DNA of 64,000 nucleotides, from assembly GCA_963721805.1 (NCBI GenBank), contig CAVRJY010000001.1:1408001-1472000 (forward strand), given 5' to 3'. The first letter of the stretch is position 1. Each line of letters begins with the position of its first letter. The stretch comes from Nitrospirota bacterium. GTDB lineage: Bacteria; Nitrospirota; Thermodesulfovibrionia; Thermodesulfovibrionales; JdFR-86. A model generated the notes under the pieces. The model did no database searches. It saw nothing but the letters and a program-made list of their open reading frames with translations, and was not told the DNA's origin. The position numbers were made by a program, and so were the translations under genes. This document shows, piece by piece, positions 11,038-19,969 of the stretch.

Positions 11038-13083
11038 ATGAGGCTCCGCATCGCCCTTCTGATCATATTTCTGCTGGTTGCGAGCGTTATCGTCACGCTG
11101 AACGTCTTTTTTTCCCAGGCATACCAGACCGAGATGGCCGAAGAGGTCAGCAAGCAGCAGCTGGAGCACGTTAGGAGCATAGCCCAGGGCGTAGGCAATA
11201 TCCTGGACGACTATGCGCTCTTCGCCTCATACCTTGCCGAGGTCGCAACCGAGGACAAGCCCAGGACCGACGTCCTCATCGAATACGCCCGGAGGATCGG
11301 CCACGGCGGAATCGGTATCAGCATCTATCTGGTCTCGGCAAAGGGTGAGGTGTACTTCGGCACGGACAGGACCCCTCCCTCGCAGGAGCTTTTACTGAGG
11401 CTCAACGAGCTGGCCGCCCATAGCGGCAAGGGCAAGACGGTCATGGACAGCTCGGCCACCGGAAACGGCAAGCTGCTGATAATATCCCCCCTTATATCCA
11501 AAAGCGGAGTGCATGAAGGCTTCGCCCTGCTGAGCCTCAGCATCGCCGACATCCACAACACCTATCTCTCGCAGATCAGGATCGGCTCGCGCGGCTATGC
11601 CTGGAGCATGGACTCCCGCGGCACGCTCCTTTATCATCCCACGAAGCCCACGATGGTCGGCTCTAACATCTTCCACCACGGCCGGGAATGCTACGCCTGC
11701 CACCAGTCGTTCCGCACCGAGGAGGAGATCGTCGCATCCCGCGACACCGGGTACCGCTCATACATATCGCCTTACGGCGAGGACAAGCTGCTGTCGTTCG
11801 TACGCGTGCCCGAGACCGGGTGGATCATATGCCTCTCGGTGCCGAAGTCCGAGGTCACCGGAGAACTAAGGAAAAGCTCGAAGCTGCACTCTATGCTCGC
11901 CGTCGCGATCTTCCTTTTGATGGTGCTCGGCGCTGGGGTGGTTCTAATATTCGACCGCGTCCGGCTCAGGGCCGAATCACGCGCAAAGCTCAACGAGAAG
12001 TTCGCGGAATACGCCAAGCAGCTCGAGCATACGGTCTCGGAGCGCACCCACGAGCTCCAGAGCGAGAAGGAGAAGATTACGGCCGTGCTCAGCGCAATCG
12101 AGGCCGGCATCACGATCTTCGACGAGGAATACGACTGTGTATGGATGAACCGCGTCATGGGCGATTGGCTCGGCGGCAGCGACGTCTCGGATTCGGTCAT
12201 ATTCGAGAGGATATACGGCCCGATCGAGTCCACCCGGATACTGTGCGACGCGATCATCGACGACATGAAGGCCGAGAAGATCGCGTGGCTGGACCTCGGC
12301 AAGAAACAGGGCTACTTCCACATGATGACCAAGCCCTTCCACGCCCCGTCCGGCGCCTGCCAGATAATGCTCATCATACAGGACGTGACGGCCATCAAAA
12401 AGGCCGAGGAGCAGCTCCAGCAGACCGAGAAGCTGATCGCTCTCTCGAGGCTCTCGGCCGGCCTGGCCCACGAGATCGGCAATCCGCTGACAGCCATATC
12501 GTCCTACATACAGATACTCTCAAGTTACGCCACGGACGATTTCAGCCGCGAGGCCCTGGCCACTATCTCAAAGAACCTCAGCCGGATCGAGGGCATCATC
12601 AGGAAGATGTCGGACTTCTCGCGCACGCGCATGCACGAGAGGGACTTCTACAAGATCCCGGACCTGCTTGCGTCCACCACCGACCTGCTGCGCTATGACA
12701 AGCGGATGAAGAACATCCAGATAACCGAGGACGTCCCCGAGGGGCTGCCTCGGGTGTTCGTCGACGGAAACCAGCTGGTGCAGATATTCCTGAACCTGTT
12801 TTTCAACGCGGCCGACGCGATGAAAGGCGAGGGCCGCATAGACGTATCGGTCAGGACAGAGGGCCGCAATGTGATGATAGAGTTCGCCGACAACGGCTCG
12901 GGCATATCCCCCGAACATATGGACAGGATTTTCGAGCCGTTTTATACTACCAAGGAAGACGGCGTGGGGCTCGGCCTCGCGGTATGCATGAACATCATAA
13001 AAGGCTTCGGCGGGGACATCCTCGTCCGAAGCGAAGAGGGGAAGGGCGCGGCGTTCACCGTCGTGCTGCCGGCGCATGAGTAA
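11038..13083 (+). CDS. Membrane sensor histidine kinase with Cache-like periplasmic domain containing CxxCH
   Basis: Two TM helices, YAWSMDSRGTLLYHP Cache motif, CYACH, H-box LAHEIGNPL, N/G1/F/G2 boxes. Confidence 0.92.
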   Translation: MRLRIALLIIFLLVASVIVTLNVFFSQAYQTEMAEEVSKQQLEHVRSIAQGVGNILDDYALFASYLAEVATEDKPRTDVLIEYARRIGHGGIGISIYLVSAKGEVYFGTDRTPPSQELLLRLNELAAHSGKGKTVMDSSATGNGKLLIISPLISKSGVHEGFALLSLSIADIHNTYLSQIRIGSRGYAWSMDSRGTLLYHPTKPTMVGSNIFHHGRECYACHQSFRTEEEIVASRDTGYRSYISPYGEDKLLSFVRVPETGWIICLSVPKSEVTGELRKSSKLHSMLAVAIFLLMVLGAGVVLIFDRVRLRAESRAKLNEKFAEYAKQLEHTVSERTHELQSEKEKITAVLSAIEAGITIFDEEYDCVWMNRVMGDWLGGSDVSDSVIFERIYGPIESTRILCDAIIDDMKAEKIAWLDLGKKQGYFHMMTKPFHAPSGACQIMLIIQDVTAIKKAEEQLQQTEKLIALSRLSAGLAHEIGNPLTAISSYIQILSSYATDDFSREALATISKNLSRIEGIIRKMSDFSRTRMHERDFYKIPDLLASTTDLLRYDKRMKNIQITEDVPEGLPRVFVDGNQLVQIFLNLFFNAADAMKGEGRIDVSVRTEGRNVMIEFADNGSGISPEHMDRIFEPFYTTKEDGVGLGLAVCMNIIKGFGGDILVRSEEGKGAAFTVVLPAHE

Positions 13084-14455
13084 CGAGATAAAAAACTCAA
13101 TCCTGGTCGTAGACGACGAGGAGGACATAGGCAGGGTCCTGGGCTTCCTACTGAAGCAGAAGGGCTACGAGGTCCAGGTCGTACACAGCGGCGAGGAGGC
13201 GATCGAGATAATCTCGAAACGGACGCTTGACCTCGTCATTACCGACATCCGCATGCTCGGCATGGACGGCATCGAGCTCCTGAGGCGCTGCCGGGACATC
13301 TCGCCCTCGACCGCGGTGATCATCATGACCGCGCACGCCTCGCTCGGCACCGCAGTGGAGGCGATACGCCTGGGGGCCGCGGACTATATCGAAAAGCCCT
13401 TCATAAACGACGAGATGCTCGATACCGTCTCGGTCGTGCTGCAGCGGCAGAGGGAAAAACGCACGGTACTCGCCGCGCCGGACATCGGACAGGCAGGCAA
13501 GGGTTTCATCGGCTCCTCCCCCAGGATAAGGGAGGTGCTGACCGTGGTCGAGAAGGTCGCCCCTACGAGGAGCAATGTCCTCATACTTGGCGAGAGCGGC
13601 ACCGGCAAGGGCATGCTCGCCGAACTCATACACGCCAACAGCCCGCGAAAAGACAAGGCGTTTTTGTCGATCAACTGCTCGGCCATCCCGGACACGCTGC
13701 TCGAAAGCGAACTGTTCGGCTACCGCAAGGGCGCCTTCACCGGCGCGGGCGCCGACAAGATGGGGCTGATCGTCACGGCCGACGGCGGCACGCTGTTTTT
13801 GGACGAGATCGGCGACATGCCGGTCGGGACCCAGTCGAAGCTCCTGCAGGTGATCGAGAGCGGCAAGCTCATCCCGCTTGGGGATACGAAGCCCAGGAGC
13901 GTGGACGTGAGGATAGTGGCCGCCACAAACCGCGACTTGGAAGAGCGGGTGAAGCAGGGCCACTTCCGAGAGGACCTATTCTATCGCCTCGACGTAATAG
14001 AGCTCAGCATGCCGCCGCTCAGGGCGCGCACCGAGGACATCGAGCCTCTCATGAGCCACTTCCTCGCCCAGTTCGCCGCCCAGCACAAGAAGGCTATAAC
14101 CGGGTTCGCCGATGACGCGCTCTCGGTGCTGCATTCCTACGGCTGGCCCGGAAACGTGCGCGAACTAAGAAACGTGGTCGAGCGCTCGGTGCTGCTGTGC
14201 GAAAGCCCCGTAATCGCCGCGGAGCACCTGCCTGAAAAGCTCCGCAGGAGCACGGCCTCGTCAGACCCGGTGCGCGCCGCCGCCGGGGGGTCATTGAGGG
14301 ATTCGGTCTCGCTCTATGAGCGCGGCATGATCATCGATACCCTGAACCGTCACGGCTGGGACAAGGACGCCGCTGCGCACGAGCTAGGGGTGGACCTCGC
14401 GACGCTCTACAGGAAGATGAAAAAGCTCCAGATCGAGCCGCCGCTTAAGCATTAA
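13076..14455 (+). CDS. Sigma54-dependent response regulator (NtrC family)
   Basis: Receiver domain, GESGTGK, GAFTGA, C-terminal Fis-type HTH. Confidence 0.95.
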   Translation: MSNEIKNSILVVDDEEDIGRVLGFLLKQKGYEVQVVHSGEEAIEIISKRTLDLVITDIRMLGMDGIELLRRCRDISPSTAVIIMTAHASLGTAVEAIRLGAADYIEKPFINDEMLDTVSVVLQRQREKRTVLAAPDIGQAGKGFIGSSPRIREVLTVVEKVAPTRSNVLILGESGTGKGMLAELIHANSPRKDKAFLSINCSAIPDTLLESELFGYRKGAFTGAGADKMGLIVTADGGTLFLDEIGDMPVGTQSKLLQVIESGKLIPLGDTKPRSVDVRIVAATNRDLEERVKQGHFREDLFYRLDVIELSMPPLRARTEDIEPLMSHFLAQFAAQHKKAITGFADDALSVLHSYGWPGNVRELRNVVERSVLLCESPVIAAEHLPEKLRRSTASSDPVRAAAGGSLRDSVSLYERGMIIDTLNRHGWDKDAAAHELGVDLATLYRKMKKLQIEPPLKH

Positions 14456-14474
14456 AGGAACCTTGAAGTAAAAG

Positions 14475-14520
14475 CCGGGCCGGAGAGAGAGGATCCCGAA
14501 ATCCGTCTCTCCGGCCCGCT
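14475..14520. terminator. Stem-loop between convergent genes
   Basis: GGGCCGGAGA...TCTCCGGCCC inverted repeat. Confidence 0.55.
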
Positions 14521-14556
14521 CAGCACGCCGCGTGGCGCGCGGCATGCGGGGGAAGC

Positions 14557-14994
14557 TCAGTGGTGCTCGCCGCCTTCGGCCGAAGCCTTTTGCGAGTTCA
14601 TCGCGTCATAGCCCTTGACGCCCGCATGGCAGATCGCGCAGTGGGTCTCGGAACTGAAGGCCATGCTGCCGTTGTGGCAGCTGCCGCAGTACTTGCCCTT
14701 CGAGAGGGACTCCATCGTGAAGTCGCCTTTTTTCTGGGCGGTGAGCGCTGCCATCTCAAAGGTGCCCGAGTGGCACGCCTCGCATCCGAGCTTCAGCGTC
14801 TCGACATGGTAGGCGTGGCTGAAGATTACCGATTTGACCGGCTCGGTAAACATGATCTCCCCTCCGCCCACGCTCTCCGACGCCCTCGCGTTGAGGACCC
14901 CGAGGGCAAGCAGCAGGAGCCCCATCAGTGCGCCGGCCACTATCCAAATGTAACGGTCCATCCCTATCCCTCCGGTTATGCCGTAAGCCTTCAT
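14557..14994 (-). CDS. Triheme c-type cytochrome (c7-like domain)
   Basis: Signal peptide/TM segment, FSHAYH, three CxxCH motifs (CEACH, CGSCH, CAICH). Confidence 0.9.
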   Translation of the reverse strand: MKAYGITGGIGMDRYIWIVAGALMGLLLLALGVLNARASESVGGGEIMFTEPVKSVIFSHAYHVETLKLGCEACHSGTFEMAALTAQKKGDFTMESLSKGKYCGSCHNGSMAFSSETHCAICHAGVKGYDAMNSQKASAEGGEHH

Positions 14995-15017
14995 GGCGCT
15001 ATTATCCCCTTTCCTTG

Positions 15018-15770
15018 TTATGCCCGCATGTAAAAGACGTTGGGTTCAACGCCTGTCTCGGGCCTTAGCACCCATACGGTCTTATCGAGCTGATAGACAA
15101 GGCCATAGACCTCGCTGAGGGGGTCTGAGATGTCTCCGAACACGCGCACGCCTGCCGGACATGCCGCCGCGCATGCAGTGAGCTCCTCGCCCTTGCTCAG
15201 TCGCGTGTCCCAGCAGAAGTTGCACTTGTCTACGGTCTTGGTCAAGCCGTTTAGGTAGCGCGCGTTATACGGGCATGCCAGCATGCAGGTCTTGCACCCT
15301 ATGCACCGGTCCTTGTCGATCAGGACTATGCCGGTCTTCGGGTCCTTGTAGGTCGCCGACGTGGGGCAGGCCCTCGTGCACGGGGGGTTGTTGCACTGGT
15401 TGCAGAGCACCGGGATGTACTCGCGCTTCTGTCCCGCCGCCTCGGGCATGTCGTGCTCGAGTATACGGGTGCGGTAACCGCCCGACGGGACGCCGTTGGT
15501 CTTTGCACAGGCCTCGACGCAACGCTCGCAGTCGATGCAGAGGTTCTGCCGGATGACCATGCTGTAGTGAGGCCTGTACTTATCATTCTCGGCGACGGTC
15601 TCGTAGGCCATGGCCCGGCCGCCGTTGCTCATGAGCGAGAGGACCTTGCCACCGGCATACACGCCCGTGATCGCGAGCCCGATCTTCAGGAACGTCCTGC
15701 GCTCCATCGGCTTAATCGAGCCGAGCCCTTCGTTTTTGAAGCTGTCGAAGTCCATCTTTCCGAATTTCAT
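15018..15770 (-). CDS. Tat-exported 4Fe-4S protein (NrfC/DsrO/PsrB-like)
   Basis: ERRTFLK twin-arginine motif; CIDCERC, CNQCNNPPC, CIGCKTC and CNFC..C..C clusters. Confidence 0.92.
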   Translation of the reverse strand: MKFGKMDFDSFKNEGLGSIKPMERRTFLKIGLAITGVYAGGKVLSLMSNGGRAMAYETVAENDKYRPHYSMVIRQNLCIDCERCVEACAKTNGVPSGGYRTRILEHDMPEAAGQKREYIPVLCNQCNNPPCTRACPTSATYKDPKTGIVLIDKDRCIGCKTCMLACPYNARYLNGLTKTVDKCNFCWDTRLSKGEELTACAAACPAGVRVFGDISDPLSEVYGLVYQLDKTVWVLRPETGVEPNVFYMRA

Positions 15771-15771
15771 T

Positions 15772-17034
15772 TTAGTGTCCCTCCCCGTGGTGTTCTTCAG
15801 CAGGGTGGCCCTTAAAGACCTTCTCACCGAGTATGAAGGTGATGGCGAATAGGAACATCGCGCCTATGACTATGCCTATCTCGTGGAACGACGGCGTATA
15901 GCTCAGGATTCCCTTGTACTCGTTGACCCCGAGTTCGTAAAACCCTGAGAACACCTGTCCGAGCACGACCAGGTCATACCGCATGAAGAATATGCCGACG
16001 ACCATCATGGCCGTTGCCGCTGCCATCATCCCAAGGTTCTTGCCCCTTGAGGCCAGCAGGAGTATGAAAGGGATAACCATGCCGAGGCTGACCTCGAAGC
16101 CCCAGAAGTTGATCGCATAAGGGCCGAAGATGAAGGAATTAAGCGTTGCGACCTTCCCGGCGCCACCCGCATAGCCGGTGATGATCTTCCAGGTGGTGAA
16201 GAACATTACCACAGCGATCAAAATGGCGGTGACCTTTGCCACAGCCGCCATGGAGCGGAGCATCTCGGGTTCCATCTTCTTGTGGTTGAACTTGTAGGAC
16301 AGCCATGTAAAGAGGATTATCGCCGCGCCGCCGGACATCGCCGCCGAGGCGATGAAGTAGATCGGCATGTAGGGGCCGTACCAGAACTCGCGGCCGTGGA
16401 GCATCCCGAAGATCGCGCCGAGGTTCGAATGGGCCGCGACACCGGTTAAAAGGCCCGAAAACCCGGCGATGGTCGCCCACTTGTGCCAGTTCAGGAGCAT
16501 GAAACCGTACTCGAAGATCATGAACATCATGTAAGCGCCGTACAGTGTGCCCATCCACCAGATGTTGGAGCGGAGGTTGGGCGTGAGCATGTTGTAGAGG
16601 ATCATCCTGAACGGGTTTTCGACCTCAAGCAGTATCACCGCGAAGCCGCAGACGATCGCGACGATCGAGAGGAACACGGCCCGCTTGGCGATGGGCTGGA
16701 AGCTCTCGACACCGAAGACGTGGCCTATAGAGGAGACAATGCAGAGGCCGGTCGAGGTCACGACGAAGAAGATATAGGTCGAGATCAGGATGCCCCACGG
16801 GATCTCGCGCGTTGTGGAGTATGCCTCGTGGTAGCCGGTCCTGATCGCGTCCAGGGCTATGAAGGCGAAGGCGTATATGCCCAGCCAGAATAACACGAGG
16901 AGCGCATGATAGCCCCTCGTCCCGGTCAGCCCCATCAGGGCCTCCCTCATCCCCTCGCGCAGGTCAGAGGGGTTGGCCGTCTTCAGGCCTTCCGCTATGA
17001 CCGCCGCCGGGTTTATCTTGCCTTTCTCATCCAT
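15772..17034 (-). CDS. NrfD/PsrC/DsrP-family integral membrane subunit
   Basis: PWGILISTYIFFV motif, many TM helices, RYDLVVLGQ; adjacent to the Fe-S subunit. Confidence 0.9.
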   Translation of the reverse strand: MDEKGKINPAAVIAEGLKTANPSDLREGMREALMGLTGTRGYHALLVLFWLGIYAFAFIALDAIRTGYHEAYSTTREIPWGILISTYIFFVVTSTGLCIVSSIGHVFGVESFQPIAKRAVFLSIVAIVCGFAVILLEVENPFRMILYNMLTPNLRSNIWWMGTLYGAYMMFMIFEYGFMLLNWHKWATIAGFSGLLTGVAAHSNLGAIFGMLHGREFWYGPYMPIYFIASAAMSGGAAIILFTWLSYKFNHKKMEPEMLRSMAAVAKVTAILIAVVMFFTTWKIITGYAGGAGKVATLNSFIFGPYAINFWGFEVSLGMVIPFILLLASRGKNLGMMAAATAMMVVGIFFMRYDLVVLGQVFSGFYELGVNEYKGILSYTPSFHEIGIVIGAMFLFAITFILGEKVFKGHPAEEHHGEGH

Positions 17035-17091
17035 TTTTGCGCTGCTCCTTTCGGGATAGTGAGCTGCCTTTTCCTGTTTGGCGACGGCGCC

Positions 17092-17424
17092 CTAGCGGGT
17101 GCCGGCCTTTCCTGCCTCGGCCTCGTGCGAACCGGCCGCTGCCCTTACAGCCGCGTCTACCACGGAACCAACCGCCCAGCCGGCCATCGCGGAGCCTATC
17201 GTGAACATCAGGGCCGCGCCCAGCATCCCGCCCAGCATCGAGACCGCGAGGAATACGCTCGCGAGTATCCCTGCATGCAGCGGCCCGCCGGTTACGAGGG
17301 TTGCGATCTTAAGCCCTATGGCCCCGCCCGCGAGCGAGCCGCCCAGTATCCCTACCAGTACGAACAGCACGATCCCGATTCCCGTCCCGATGTAAGTCCC
17401 CTTCTTCGCATAGTTCGTGTTCAT
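17092..17424 (-). CDS. Small glycine-rich membrane protein (paralog 2)
   Basis: 110 aa, GxxxG-rich hydrophobic helices, similar to 17491-17817. Confidence 0.8.
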   Translation of the reverse strand: MNTNYAKKGTYIGTGIGIVLFVLVGILGGSLAGGAIGLKIATLVTGGPLHAGILASVFLAVSMLGGMLGAALMFTIGSAMAGWAVGSVVDAAVRAAAGSHEAEAGKAGTR

Positions 17425-17490
17425 CTTTCTACCCCTTTCGTACCTTCTTTAGAGATTGTTGCGGCAGTTGCCGCATATGTTTCCAGCGTA

Positions 17491-17817
17491 TTAGTGCTTG
17501 ACTGCCTTCTGGTGGGCCAGATCCTTCGCACCCGCATGCCTTACGGCCTCGACCGCGTTGCCGCAGAGCCACCCTATAGCCGCGCCGCCCAGGCTGAACA
17601 TCAGGCAGGCCACCATGACCCCGGAGAGCATCCCGACGCCGACCAGCAGGCGCATCCCGATAGTAGGCACTATCGGTGAGCCGACGATGGTCTTGGCGAG
17701 GCTCATCCCGAATATGCCGCCTATCAGCGCCCCGTATGTAAGGCCGAAGACCACGAAAAGCGCTATGCCAATTCCCGCTCCGATGTAAGCCATCTTCTCT
17801 GCCAGTCCGGTCTTCAT
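17491..17817 (-). CDS. Small glycine-rich membrane protein (paralog 1)
   Basis: 108 aa, AAGGAGG RBS, first gene after the sigma54 promoter. Confidence 0.82.
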   Translation of the reverse strand: MKTGLAEKMAYIGAGIGIALFVVFGLTYGALIGGIFGMSLAKTIVGSPIVPTIGMRLLVGVGMLSGVMVACLMFSLGGAAIGWLCGNAVEAVRHAGAKDLAHQKAVKH

Positions 17818-17854
17818 TTTCTCATCCTCCTTGTTCCGTTCTTGCCAATATCAA

Positions 17855-17870
17855 AGCATCTTTCGTGCCA
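17855..17870 (-). promoter_or_regulatory. Sigma54 (-24/-12) promoter
   Basis: Minus strand reads TGGCAC-GAAAG-ATGCT, fitting TGGCAC-N5-TTGC; AT-rich tract upstream. Confidence 0.8.
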
Positions 17871-18013
17871 TGCAGACGTTTCTTTATTTATCAACAGGTT
17901 AGGCGATAGTTGGGCCAGCTTTACGTCGCATAACAGCGAATCTCATTCGCAGGATTGCAAAAAACAAGGCGAGATTAAGACCACCGTGGCGCTTAAAGAA
18001 AGGAAGGGACAAC

Positions 18014-18049
18014 AAAAAGCCGCACCGGAGGGAAGGGCGGTGCGGCTTT
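18014..18049 (-). terminator. Rho-independent terminator
   Basis: AAAGCCGCACCG...CGGTGCGGCTTT stem followed by a T-run on the minus strand. Confidence 0.75.
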
Positions 18050-18072
18050 CTTAAAGGCGATATCCGATAAGC

Positions 18073-19152
18073 TTATGCGAAGAGGTTCACCTGCTGCACG
18101 GTGCCGGCTGTGCCGTTATCATTGAGGAACACGCCGGCGCTCACGGCCTCGCCAGCGGAATTTCCGGAGTCATCCTTATAAGTGAAGGGCGTGTCTATGC
18201 TCCCGAGGTATATCGCACCCACGCCGGTATCCCTGAGCGACTTCAGGATATCCGCACCGGCGGAGTCCTTGGACCATACCTGCAGGTCGCTGTACGCCTT
18301 GTCGTTTTCGTCTATCCAGCCGTTGCCGTCAGTGTCGAGCGCCTTGAGATCACTAAACCCGTTGCCGGAGGACGGGCCGAAGAGTTCGGAGCCGTTGTCT
18401 ATCGTGCCGTTGCCATTTTTGTCGAGAGCGAGGAAGCCGCTTCCGGGCGCGACGAACGAGACCTGCTCGCCGGTGCCGTCGGAGTTCAGGTCGAACGTGA
18501 ATTTGGTGTCGGTCAGCTCCGCGGCCGAGCCTGAGTAATTAATCACGAGCGGGTCGGTTTTCTTCACGGCGTCGCCGGCCCTGATGCTCACGTCAGAGGT
18601 CGAGACCTGGTCGCGGCTCATGTTGAGCGAGACCGTGAAATCGATCTCCTTGCCGTCGGCGGTCTTTACGACGCCCTGTGCACTGAAGCTCGTCTGCTCG
18701 CTCTCGGCGTCGACGGTCTGGGAGTCGTACTCGACCCCCCAGCCCTGCTGCTGAGGGGCGGCCTGGGCCTGCTGGCCGGACTGCGAAGTGTCCTGCGGGG
18801 CGCTATCCTGCTCAGTGGCGTCAGATGCGGACATGATATGGATTTTCTTGCCGGTGAACGCCTCGATGATCGCCTTGATAAGCGCGATGCGCGGGTCTAG
18901 CTCGCTGTCATCGCCCGTCGCGGCCGGTTTCTTAGGCTTGCTCGCAGCGTCGCTTGCCTGCTTCAATGAGTTCTTGGCCGCATTTGAGATTGAGACCTGC
19001 GATCGGCTCTGAGCCAGTTGCGCCGCCGCGCCCCGGCCCTCGAAGTCCGGCCTCCGGTCGCCAACCCAGGCCTTGAGGGAAATGGTGCTCTGGTGTGTCT
19101 CGGCATACGCGTGCTCTGAAGACATGGATATAGCGGAGCTGCTGATGATCAT
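18073..19152 (-). CDS. Conserved hypothetical protein with DPLVIN and DxDxNG Ca-binding-like motifs (often labelled VCBS-repeat protein)
   Basis: DPLVINY, DKNGNGTIDNGSELFG, DTDGNGWIDEND; GGAGG RBS. Confidence 0.75.
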   Translation of the reverse strand: MIISSSAISMSSEHAYAETHQSTISLKAWVGDRRPDFEGRGAAAQLAQSRSQVSISNAAKNSLKQASDAASKPKKPAATGDDSELDPRIALIKAIIEAFTGKKIHIMSASDATEQDSAPQDTSQSGQQAQAAPQQQGWGVEYDSQTVDAESEQTSFSAQGVVKTADGKEIDFTVSLNMSRDQVSTSDVSIRAGDAVKKTDPLVINYSGSAAELTDTKFTFDLNSDGTGEQVSFVAPGSGFLALDKNGNGTIDNGSELFGPSSGNGFSDLKALDTDGNGWIDENDKAYSDLQVWSKDSAGADILKSLRDTGVGAIYLGSIDTPFTYKDDSGNSAGEAVSAGVFLNDNGTAGTVQQVNLFA

Positions 19153-19207
19153 GTTACAACCTCCTCACCCTTAATGAAAAGTTTGTAATTCTCCCGCCTC
19201 GGATCTC

Positions 19208-19235
19208 TTATCGGAATGCTTGAGGGAAAACTTGA
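19208..19235 (-). promoter_or_regulatory. Putative sigma28 (FliA) promoter
   Basis: Minus strand TCAA-N16-TCCGATAA versus consensus TAAA-N15/16-GCCGATAA. Confidence 0.6.
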
Positions 19236-19334
19236 ATGAGGACCTATGTAAAATTTACTTTTCGAAACCGTTACGGGCGGGACAAGGGGCTGCCCCCGTA
19301 AGGAAGAGGTACCCGTGGCACCAGGCGAGGGCGG

Positions 19335-19676
19335 TTAAACAGGGCGGTTGGACGTGTCGACCTTGATGATGCGCGGGGCGAAACCGGATGCCTCTGAATC
19401 AGGCAGCAGGCACCAGGAAAACACGATCACGATATCGCCGGGCATGCCCTTGCGCGCGGTCGGGCCGTTGAGGCAGACCTCGCCGGGCTTGCCGGGGATG
19501 GCGTATGTCTCGAAGCGTTCACCGTTGTTTAGGTTGCTGACCGAGACCTGCTCGTAGGGGTGGATATCGGCCAGCTTCATAAGTTCGACGTCGATCGTGA
19601 TGCTGCCCTCGTAATAGAGGCTGGCGTCGGTGACGGTCGCGCGGTGTATCTTGGATTTGAGCATCGTGCGCATCAT
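19335..19676 (-). CDS. panD: Aspartate 1-decarboxylase
   Basis: [20 protein letters not shown] (Gly-Ser cleavage site), NGERFETY. Confidence 0.96.
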   Translation of the reverse strand: MMRTMLKSKIHRATVTDASLYYEGSITIDVELMKLADIHPYEQVSVSNLNNGERFETYAIPGKPGEVCLNGPTARKGMPGDIVIVFSWCLLPDSEASGFAPRIIKVDTSNRPV

Positions 19677-19681
19677 GGGGG

Positions 19682-19969
19682 CTACTCTATGATCTTCGGC
19701 ACGCGGTAGAACTTATCGGTGTGGTCGGGTGCGTTTTTGAGCGCCTCATCGACCGCAAGCGAGGGCCGCTCGGCGTCATCGCGCATGACGTCCGAGATAT
19801 CGAGCACGTGCGAGGTGGGCGCGACCTTGGAGGTATCGAGTTCATCGAGCTTGCGGACGTGCTCCAGGATGTTGCTCAGCTGGGAGCCGAAGAGTTCCCT
19901 CTCCTGGTCGTCGATATCGAGGCGCGCGAGCTTTGCGATATGCGCCACCTGCCCGGCGTCAATAGCCAT
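19682..19969 (-). CDS. gatC: Asp/Glu-tRNA amidotransferase subunit C
   Basis: [10 protein letters not shown]...[11 protein letters not shown]...MRDD...VPKIIE. Confidence 0.93.
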   Translation of the reverse strand: MAIDAGQVAHIAKLARLDIDDQERELFGSQLSNILEHVRKLDELDTSKVAPTSHVLDISDVMRDDAERPSLAVDEALKNAPDHTDKFYRVPKIIE

